Below are positions 28,763 through 36,887 of a stretch of 64,000 nucleotides of DNA, piece by piece (the first letter of the stretch is position 1; each line of letters starts with the position of its first letter). The DNA comes from Armatimonadota bacterium (lineage in GTDB: Bacteria > Armatimonadota > SYMT01): NCBI GenBank assembly GCA_041690135.1, contig JAWLHY010000001.1, forward strand, positions 128,001-192,000, read 5' to 3'. Under the pieces are notes generated by a model that saw nothing but the letters and a program-made list of their open reading frames with translations, made no database searches and had not been told where the DNA came from. The translations under genes and the position numbers were made by a program.

Positions 28763-29728
28763 CTACTTGCCCATTCGGGCCGCTTTCTGATCCGGCGGCA
28801 GCCAGCCCCCCGCCGGGTAATCCAGACCGTAGGCGTCCGCCATGCGGTTAAAGAAGGCAAACAGCGCCGTGATAAAGGAGGCCTCGAAGATCTGCTCGTC
28901 GGTCCAGCCCTCTTTGCGGAGCGCCTCGACGTGCGTGTCTCGCACTTTCGCGGGCTCCAGGGTGAGGACCTTCACGTAGTCCAGCAGTACTCGCTCCTTC
29001 CGGCTCACGGCCGCCTTCTCGGCGGTACCCTTCGCGATCGCATCCACGTCATCTTCATTCTGGCCCTGCAACTGCAGGAAGCGCGCATGGCTGCCCACTC
29101 AGTAGTGGCAGTCGTTGAGACCAGAGACGTAGGTGGCGATCATCTCCTTTGTCCGGCGGTCCAGGGCAGCGTCGGCGAAGTGGGCCTGCCGCGAGAGGTC
29201 GTGGATGTGGGCCAGCCACTGCGGCCGGAGGCTCATCGTGCGGAGGATGCCGCCCGGGGGTCTTCGTCCCAGCAGCTTCTCCACTTCCGCCATCCGGGGG
29301 TCGTCATCCGCCGCCCAGTCGATCCGGGGCACGCCCGCGGCTTTGCCGAGGGCCTCGCGGATCTCGCCGGGGTCGGAACTCCGTACCACCAGCCGGCCGC
29401 GGCGGTCGTAGATGAGGGCCGTGGGCGTCTCCTTCACCTGGTACTGCCGGGCTGCCGGCTCGGCGCCGGTCTTGAGGTGAATGAGCTGAACGCCGGCTCT
29501 CTCACCCACCTCCTTCCGGAGCGTTTCGGCGAAGCCGCGCTCCATGGTGCTGTCAGGCTTGAGGAAGAGAAAGAGAGTCGGCTTCTCCGCGGTGAGGTGG
29601 CGGGCGAGAGCAACCTCACTCCCCGTGGAGAGGGGCTTCGGGGAGGCGGCAAGATCCCGCGCGACGGCGGGGCTCGCAACCGCGAGCGCGAACACGAAGA
29701 CACAGTTCATGATGGATGAGTTGTTCAT
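28763..29728 (-). CDS. Thioredoxin-like + AhpD/CMD peroxidase-related selenoprotein (CxxU, TGA 29099-29101)
   Basis: Adjacent in-frame ORFs join as 'EMIATYVSGLNDCHY-U-VGSHARFL', matching the AhpD CxxC...H motif; N-terminal signal peptide. Confidence 0.8.
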
Positions 29729-29733
29729 CTGTT

Positions 29734-30582
29734 TCAGTCCTCACGGAACCACGCGGCCGCATTGGGCGCCAGGGACTTGCGGTAGGCAACGCCGGCCGTG
29801 CCGCGTGCCCGCCACGAGGTATCCGGACCGCGGAACCACTTCGCGTGGCCGTCCGCCAGGAGATAGACGGCGCCGCCGCTGTGGCGGTAGCGCGCCGCAC
29901 AGTAGTTGCTGGCGTTGCTGATGGCGGGATTGCCGGTCGGCGGGTAGCCCTGCTCGTCGCCGGTACAGTTGGTGGTCCAGTCATCCCCGGCAATCGCGGG
30001 GCGCGTGCCGCGGCCGTGGGCGACCAGGACCAGGCTGGCGGGGGCCTCTAGACCCGCCAGCGAGGTGATCCGACCCGGGAAGGTGAACCCGGGAAAGGCA
30101 CTGTGCATCATCGGGATCACATTCCCGTTTGCCACGTAGCTCATGGCTTGATCGAGCTGCTGGGCGGGAAACGCGACCGGAGCGGGATCTCCGGGCGCCA
30201 GCGGGATCGTGTTATTGAGGTGGCTGGGGCAGAGATAGAACGGCGCCTGTTTCCGCCCGGCGGGTCCGGCGGAAGCCGTGAACGTGCCGCCCGTGCCGGA
30301 CTTCACATAGGGCTCTACCAGGTCGTACCACATGGTGAGCGTCTGGCCCGGAGGGTTGAAAGCCGCCCAGGGCAGCGTTTCGTCATAGTCCCCGGTATAC
30401 ATCAGCATGGCCATCCCGGTCTGCTTCAAGTTGGACGTGCAGGTAGCCTGCCGGGCCTTTTCACGGGCCTGCGCAAAGACGGGGAACAGAATCGCGGCAA
30501 GAATGGCGATAATCGCAATCACTACGAGCAACTCGATCAGTGTAAAGCCGCGGTTAGTCGGGGGTTTGGGCCGTAGGGACAA
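29734..30582 (-). CDS. Prepilin-type DUF1559/H-X9-DG protein
   Basis: '[35 protein letters not shown]' and '[17 protein letters not shown]'. Confidence 0.9.
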   Translation of the reverse strand: MSLRPKPPTNRGFTLIELLVVIAIIAILAAILFPVFAQAREKARQATCTSNLKQTGMAMLMYTGDYDETLPWAAFNPPGQTLTMWYDLVEPYVKSGTGGTFTASAGPAGRKQAPFYLCPSHLNNTIPLAPGDPAPVAFPAQQLDQAMSYVANGNVIPMMHSAFPGFTFPGRITSLAGLEAPASLVLVAHGRGTRPAIAGDDWTTNCTGDEQGYPPTGNPAISNASNYCAARYRHSGGAVYLLADGHAKWFRGPDTSWRARGTAGVAYRKSLAPNAAAWFRED

Positions 30583-30817
30583 CGTGCACCTCTCCTTTCC
30601 CGGCGAAGGTAGCGGGTGGTGTCGGGACGAACCGAACAGGCCGCCGCTGGGGGACTGAACGAACTCTACCAGCTTCCGGGCCGCAGAACGATTAGAACGT
30701 ATTAAGAGAGACGGTTAGTTAAAGTATCTTAATCGTCACTGGGCGAATGCGTTCGCACTCGACGGGGTCAGGCAGTTGCCTCATCATGCATGAGAAGACC
30801 GTGCATTCCGCACGACG

Positions 30818-31930
30818 ATGAGAGTGATGACTTCCGAAACCCTTTCCCGCCGGGCCCTGAACCGGGCGCTCCTCGCCCGGCAGATGCTGCTGGCCCGCGA
30901 ACCGATTACACCCCTGGTGGCGATCGAGCACCTGGTGGGGCTCCAGGCGCAGCAGGCCCGGCCGCCGTTCATCCAGCTCTGGTCGCGGCTGGCCGATTTC
31001 CGCCGCGAGGACCTGGCCTCGCTCTGGGACAGCCGCGAGGTGGTGCGCGCCACGCTGATGCGGTGTACGCTCCACCTGATGTCCACGCGTGACTTCCGGA
31101 CCTTTCGCCCCGCCTTGCAGCCGGTGCTGACGGGGGCCATGCGCTCCATTCTCCGGGACCGCCTGGACAGCTTCGATCTGCAGCCCGTCCTCGCCGAGGC
31201 CCGGCGTCTCTTCGCGGAGCGACCGCGCACCTTCACCGAGATCCGGAACGCCCTGGTGGAACAGTTTCCGGACGCAGACGAGCGGGCGATGGGGTATGCG
31301 GTCCGCACGCAGCTCCTGCTGGTGATCGTGCCGGAGGACCACCCCTGGGGCTTCCGCGCGGACGGCGATTTCGCGCTGGCGGAGGACTGGCTGGGGAGGC
31401 CGGTGGAAGGGGATCCGGACCCCCGCGAGCTGGTCTTGCGCTACCTGGCCGCGTTCGGGCCGGCGTCCGCGGCGGATATCCAGGCGTGGTCCGGGCTGGG
31501 GGGCCTGGCGCCGGTCCTGAACGAGCTTCGCCCGCAGCTCCAGCTCTTCCGGGACGAGCGGAAGCGGGAGCTGTTCGACCTCCCCGATGCTCCCCGGCCG
31601 CCGGAGGAGACTCGCGCCCCCGCCCGCTTCGTCGGCGACTTCGATAACCTGGTCCTCTCCCACGCGGACCGCACCCGGATCATCGCGGACGAACACCGGC
31701 CCGTGGTGGTCACGAAGAACGGTCTGGTGCTGGGAACGATCCTGGTGGACGGCTTCGTCGCCGGTACCTGGAAAGTGACGCGCACGCGCAAGACCGCCGC
31801 GCTCACCGTCACCCCCTTCGCCCCGCTGCCTCCCGCGGCAAAAGCCGAACTGGAAGCAGAAGGGGTGAACCTGGTCCGGTTCCTCGAACCAGACGCCCAT
31901 CATTACGAACTGCGGTTTGAGGCCGGGTAA
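30818..31930 (+). CDS. HTH_42 winged-helix DNA glycosylase (AlkZ-like)
   Basis: 'LNRALLARQMLL', QxQ motif 'GLQAQ', 'MRCTLH', 'RYLAAFGPA' and 'FDNLVLSH'. Confidence 0.85.
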   Translation: MRVMTSETLSRRALNRALLARQMLLAREPITPLVAIEHLVGLQAQQARPPFIQLWSRLADFRREDLASLWDSREVVRATLMRCTLHLMSTRDFRTFRPALQPVLTGAMRSILRDRLDSFDLQPVLAEARRLFAERPRTFTEIRNALVEQFPDADERAMGYAVRTQLLLVIVPEDHPWGFRADGDFALAEDWLGRPVEGDPDPRELVLRYLAAFGPASAADIQAWSGLGGLAPVLNELRPQLQLFRDERKRELFDLPDAPRPPEETRAPARFVGDFDNLVLSHADRTRIIADEHRPVVVTKNGLVLGTILVDGFVAGTWKVTRTRKTAALTVTPFAPLPPAAKAELEAEGVNLVRFLEPDAHHYELRFEAG

Positions 31931-32032
31931 GGAACAGGATGGGCAGGATGAGGAGGATGGCAAGAACCGGCTGAACGTTGAAGGGGGCACAATGGCTGCG
32001 CTCTTGTCGGCGGATGGGGAGGTACGTGAGCG

Positions 32033-32695
32033 ATGAGCGAAGGAAAGGCGACGAGGGAGAAGCCGGAATACCACGTGCTGAGCAGCCGGACCGACATCCC
32101 GGAGCCGGTGTTCTGGCCCGCGCAGACGGCCCGCAAAGCGGGTGATCCGGCCTGGTCGGAAGCCTGCTCGTTCTGCGGGAAGTTCGATGAAGCCGCCTAT
32201 CTGGATGCCGGTTGTTCGCTCTTGATGGAGCCCGGCACTGTGCGCTCGGAATTCGGCTACTCCAAAGTCTCCCAGCTCATCGTGAACTCGCGGGTGCTCC
32301 ACGTGCTGCGGCAAGTGCCGGGCGCTTGCTTCCGGGAGTATGCCGTGGGTCCCGCCCCGGAGCCTACGCACTGGGTGCTGTACCCGGAGCAGGTGATCGA
32401 GCCACCCGATCCGGTGCCGCGGAAGAAGAAAGGGGCCTACCGGTATCCCGATAACACGGCCTTCCTGTCCCACGGAGACAAATGCTCCACCTGCGGCCGG
32501 TATCGCGAGGTAACGTTCGGCCACGAGTGGCTGCCCATCCCCACCGGCACCGTACTGGCCGCGGTCGTGATCGAAGGGCCGGCGGGGCCCCAGCGCCACC
32601 GGTGGGTGGGGGGACCGGGCGTGGTGGCGGCGCTGAAAGAGGCGCGCATTCCCAAACTGTTCCTGGAGCCGCTGGAGAACCGCTGGCGGGGATGA
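32033..32695 (+). CDS. Hypothetical protein with double CxxCG motif
   Basis: 'CSFCG' and 'CSTCGR'; GGAGG RBS. Confidence 0.6.
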   Translation: MSEGKATREKPEYHVLSSRTDIPEPVFWPAQTARKAGDPAWSEACSFCGKFDEAAYLDAGCSLLMEPGTVRSEFGYSKVSQLIVNSRVLHVLRQVPGACFREYAVGPAPEPTHWVLYPEQVIEPPDPVPRKKKGAYRYPDNTAFLSHGDKCSTCGRYREVTFGHEWLPIPTGTVLAAVVIEGPAGPQRHRWVGGPGVVAALKEARIPKLFLEPLENRWRG

Positions 32696-33235
32696 TCCAG
32701 GCTTCGTTTACACCACCGAAGAAACGGTACTTCAACTCCACAGCCAGGCGCCAGGGGGCATCACCTACGTGAATCCCGCCGACGATCCACGGAAGCGCTG
32801 ATCCTCCATGTGTCGTGAGAACCGTGCGACACGCTCCGAAGGGGCTATCGGGAAGCAGCGAGCAGCCTCCCGATAGCCTTTACCTCCCCCCTCTGTCCCC
32901 GCGACAATCCCCCGCCTTCATAGCATTCTGCTGAAGCACGAAGGAACAGGCCCCCTCTCGTTCGAACAATGTTGCGGCGGACGACTGGTAGCTCGCATCT
33001 CAAACCTGCCGGCTTGAGGTCGTAAGTACCCCAACCAACAGGAAATACCCGAAGAAGACTTCGGAATGAAATTTCCCGGCCGGCGCGGCGTACTACGGTT
33101 TGAGTTTCCGTCCACCCGCCCCTGTGGAGGTGATAGTGTCCGACCCATCGGAGCGGATTGCGGCTTCGCAGAACGATCGGCGCGCACTCCGTTTTCCATG
33201 TCCGGCGCTCTTTCTCGCCCCGAGCCTTCCGAATC

Positions 33236-35200
33236 ATGGCTGAACCCCTCAACCCCGGACGACCGGTACCGATTCCGCAGCCCCCTTATCGCCGGCTGCG
33301 GGTGTATGCGCTGGACCCGAGCCTGGAAACGCGGCTCGAGACGGCGGTCATCAACCAGACGACCGTGAAGGTTCCCTGGGAACCCGGGCGGCCGATGGGC
33401 GACTGCGCCCCGGGATCGCCCGCCCGCCCGGAACCGGTGACGGCCGGGGAGTACCTGGAGCCGGGTCCGGTAGGCGAGTATGTGGAAGTGGTGGATTTCG
33501 ATCCGGCCAGCCGCTGTTTCTACGACCCGGTCGACCTCAGCGATCCGAACCTCCTGGCGCAGGACGGCCTGGAGCCTTCCGAGGGGAACCCCCAGTTCCA
33601 CCAGCAGATGGTGTATGCGGTATCGATGCTCACCATCCGGCACTTCGAGCGAGCGCTGGGACGGCCCGCGCTCTGGTCGCCGCGGCTCATTCGCAATGAA
33701 GACGGGCGAGTGGTGGACGACGCATTTGTCCGCCGCCTGCGGATCTATCCGCACGCCCTGCGGGAGGCGAACGCCTTCTACAGCCCGGAGAAGAAGGCGC
33801 TGCTCTTCGGTTACTTCCCCGCGGGCGCCACCAACCCCGGAGCGCACTTCCCCGGCGGCATGGTGTTCACCTGCCTCTCGCACGACATCATCGCGCACGA
33901 GACCACGCACGCCCTGCTGGACGGGATGCACCGGCGCTTCATCGAGCCGACCAACCCGGACGTGCTGGCGTTCCACGAGGCCTTTGCGGATCTCGTGGCG
34001 ATGCTCCAGCACTTCACCTTCCCGGAGGTGATCCGGCACCAGATTGCGAAGACGCGCGGGGCGCTGGACCGTCAGAACCTGCTGGGCGAGCTCGCGCAGC
34101 AGTTCGGGGCGGCCACCGGCCGGCACGGGGCGCTGCGGAGCGCGATCGGGGAGTTCGACGCCAACCACGAATGGCATCCGAAACAGCCGGACGCTTCGGA
34201 GTTGCAGCGGGTGTTCGAGCCGCATGCGCGCGGCGCTATCCTGGTCGCGGCCGTGTTCGACGCCTTCCTCTCCATCTACAAGTCGCGGGTGGCGGATCTC
34301 CTCCGGATCGCCACCAACGGCTCGGGAGTGCTTCCGGATGGGGAGATCCATCCGGACCTGGTAAATCGCCTCGCCCAGGAGGCCACGCGCGCCGCCCAGC
34401 ACGTGCTGAACATGTGCATCCGGGCTCTGGATTACCTACCCCCGGTGGATGTCACCTTCGGCGAGTACCTGCGCGCGCTGGTCACCGCGGACTACGACCT
34501 GGTGCGGGACGACGACCGTGGCTACCGGATCGCCCTGATCGAGGCGTTCCGGCGGCGCGGCATCTATCCCCGCGAAGTCCGGACCCTCTCGGAGGACAGT
34601 CTTCGCTGGCGGTGTCCCTCCGTGGAAGAAAGCCGGGCCGGTCGCTTCTCGGAGCTGAAGGGGATCCTGGATGGGTTCTCCGCCCGGCTGGAGGACCGCG
34701 AGGAGATCTACCGCCGGATGGGCCAGCGTTGTGCCCGGGTTCACGGCTGGCTGCGGGACCGGCGCGAGGACCCCGCGCTGGCCATGTTGGGGCTGGACCC
34801 GGACCCCCGGCTCAAGGTGGAGGTCCACGCCATCCGTCCCGCCCGACGGGTGGGGCCGGACGGCGACCTGCTCCGCGACGTGGTGCTGATCCTCACCCAG
34901 CGCCGCCCGGAGTTCTTCAACGCGGCGTCCCGCGCCCGCGGCGGGCTGTATTCCGATCCGCCCCGCGACTTCTGGTTCCGCGGGGGTTGCACCCTGGTGC
35001 TGGACGAGCAGACCTTCGACGTGCGGTATTGCATCGTGAAGAACATTAACAGCGAATCGCGGCTGCGGCGACAGCGGGCGTTTCTCACCGGTCGCACGGA
35101 TGCCTCTCTGCGCGCCACCTATTTCGGCGGCTTGAGTGACGGCGACGTGCGGGAGCCGTTCTCGCTCCTCCACCGGTCCCACGAGGAGTGCGAACCATGA
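33236..35200 (+). CDS. Cytoplasmic gluzincin metallopeptidase (M4/M36-like)
   Basis: 'HDIIAHETTHALLDG' (HExxH), 'AFHEAFAD', 'NAFYSP' and 'EPHARG'; no signal peptide. Confidence 0.8.
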   Translation: MAEPLNPGRPVPIPQPPYRRLRVYALDPSLETRLETAVINQTTVKVPWEPGRPMGDCAPGSPARPEPVTAGEYLEPGPVGEYVEVVDFDPASRCFYDPVDLSDPNLLAQDGLEPSEGNPQFHQQMVYAVSMLTIRHFERALGRPALWSPRLIRNEDGRVVDDAFVRRLRIYPHALREANAFYSPEKKALLFGYFPAGATNPGAHFPGGMVFTCLSHDIIAHETTHALLDGMHRRFIEPTNPDVLAFHEAFADLVAMLQHFTFPEVIRHQIAKTRGALDRQNLLGELAQQFGAATGRHGALRSAIGEFDANHEWHPKQPDASELQRVFEPHARGAILVAAVFDAFLSIYKSRVADLLRIATNGSGVLPDGEIHPDLVNRLAQEATRAAQHVLNMCIRALDYLPPVDVTFGEYLRALVTADYDLVRDDDRGYRIALIEAFRRRGIYPREVRTLSEDSLRWRCPSVEESRAGRFSELKGILDGFSARLEDREEIYRRMGQRCARVHGWLRDRREDPALAMLGLDPDPRLKVEVHAIRPARRVGPDGDLLRDVVLILTQRRPEFFNAASRARGGLYSDPPRDFWFRGGCTLVLDEQTFDVRYCIVKNINSESRLRRQRAFLTGRTDASLRATYFGGLSDGDVREPFSLLHRSHEECEP

Positions 35201-36795
35201 GCCAGCCGCAGCCTACCCCACTCACGCGCGTCACGGTCCGCATGTACCGGCAGGGCCTGGGAGATTGCTTCTTCCTGATCTTCGAGGGAGAGGACGGCAC
35301 GCGCCGCACGATGCTTATCGACTGCGGCGTGCTGAAGAACAGCCCGGACGAGCGCCAGCGGATGCGGGAGGTGATCGAGCACCTGCGGGACGAGACCGGC
35401 GGCAAGATCGACGTGCTGGTGGCGACCCACGAGCATTGGGACCACCTGAGCGGCTTCATTCACGCCGAGGACCTGCTATCCGAGTTGAAGGCCGGGGAAG
35501 TGTGGCTGGCCTGGACGGAGAACCCCTCGCACCCGCTGGGCCAGGCCCTCCGGGCGCGGCGGGCGCAGGCTCTGCGGGCGGTCCAGGCCGCGCTGACCCG
35601 CATGCACCTCTCTCTGGACCCGCGGGTGAACGAGACGGCGGAGCGGATTTCCGCCGTGATGGAGTTTTTCGGGCTGGAGACCTCCACGAGCACGAGCGAG
35701 CTGGGCGCGGCGCCGGGCGGAGGGGACGGAGCCTCCGGCCCGCTGCTGGGCGCCAGCCCCGGTACCGCGAAAGGCCTGGAGCTGGTCACGAAGTGCGGGC
35801 CGGTGCGCTACTGCACTCCCGGCGAGATCCTGCACCTGCCGGGGCTGGGCGGGGTGCGGATCTTCGTGCTCGGCCCGCCCGTGGACGAGAAGCTGATCAA
35901 GAAGAGCGACCCCACGAAAAAGGGCCAGGAGGTGTACGAGAAGGGGTTCGCGATGGACCTCAACGCCTCCCTGCTGCACGCCGCGGAGAGCTCCGCCGGC
36001 CGCGGCATCGACCCGGAGCTGGAAGAGCTGAGCTTCCCGTTCGACCGGGTCCGGCAGAAGTCGCCGGAAGCCGCGCGGGCCGACACGTGGTTCCGGCGGC
36101 ACTACTTCGGTGCTCTCCACGCGGATGACCTAACGGCCGGCATCCCCTCCCGCGAGCAGATGGACTGGCGCCGGATCGACGACGACTGGACCGAGGCCGC
36201 CTCTCAGCTCGCGCTGCAGCTGGACAGCGACACCAATAACACCAGCCTGGTCCTCGCTATCGAGTTGGTTGACAGCGGCAAGGTGCTGCTCTTCCCCGGC
36301 GACGCCCAGGTGGGGAACTGGCTCTCGTGGGAGACGCTGAAGTGGGGAGCGCGGGAGCTGGGAAACGGCGCGACCGAGCTGCGGGCGCACGATCTGCTGC
36401 GGCGGACGGTGTTCTACAAGGTCGGGCACCACGCCAGCCACAACGCCACGCTGCGCGCGAAGGGGCTAGAGCTGATGGAGAGCCCCGAGCTGGTGGCGAT
36501 GATCCCGGTGGACGAGGAGGTGGCCCACCGGCCCAAGGGCTCGCTCCGGAACGGCTGGGACATGCCGTTCCCGCCGCTGCTGGAGCGGCTGATGGAGAAG
36601 ACGCGGGGGCGCGTGATCCGCGCCGACCGCGACCTGCCCGCGGAGGCTCCGTCCCACTCCGGCCTCACGGCGGCAGAATGGGCCGCCTTTCGGGAAGCGG
36701 TGGAAGACGCGCAGGATACTTTCAAGACCCGGGACGGCGAGGCATCCGACCGCCGTCTCTACGTGCAGTACACCCTCTCCGTTAAGGCGGAGTAG
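35197..36795 (+). CDS. MBL-fold metallo-hydrolase (ComEC/Rec2-like)
   Basis: 'GLGDCF', 'IDCG', 'THEHWDHLSG', 'NNTSLV', 'LFPGDAQ' and 'KVGHHASHN'; ATGA overlap with the peptidase. Confidence 0.85.
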   Translation: MSQPQPTPLTRVTVRMYRQGLGDCFFLIFEGEDGTRRTMLIDCGVLKNSPDERQRMREVIEHLRDETGGKIDVLVATHEHWDHLSGFIHAEDLLSELKAGEVWLAWTENPSHPLGQALRARRAQALRAVQAALTRMHLSLDPRVNETAERISAVMEFFGLETSTSTSELGAAPGGGDGASGPLLGASPGTAKGLELVTKCGPVRYCTPGEILHLPGLGGVRIFVLGPPVDEKLIKKSDPTKKGQEVYEKGFAMDLNASLLHAAESSAGRGIDPELEELSFPFDRVRQKSPEAARADTWFRRHYFGALHADDLTAGIPSREQMDWRRIDDDWTEAASQLALQLDSDTNNTSLVLAIELVDSGKVLLFPGDAQVGNWLSWETLKWGARELGNGATELRAHDLLRRTVFYKVGHHASHNATLRAKGLELMESPELVAMIPVDEEVAHRPKGSLRNGWDMPFPPLLERLMEKTRGRVIRADRDLPAEAPSHSGLTAAEWAAFREAVEDAQDTFKTRDGEASDRRLYVQYTLSVKAE

Positions 36796-36887
36796 GCGTG
36801 CGGATGCCGGGCCGGGGAATAGCTCCCGGTGCCGGCACGGAATCCGGTTCAGGCCCGACGACGGGCCTTCGTGCGAGGAGGTGGTCC

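Noticed and set aside
30743-30756. LexA box upstream of the AlkZ-like gene (GCGAATGCGTTCGC)
   Set aside because: The spacing is GAAT-N2-GTTC rather than GAAC-N4-GTTC, and there is only a single occurrence.
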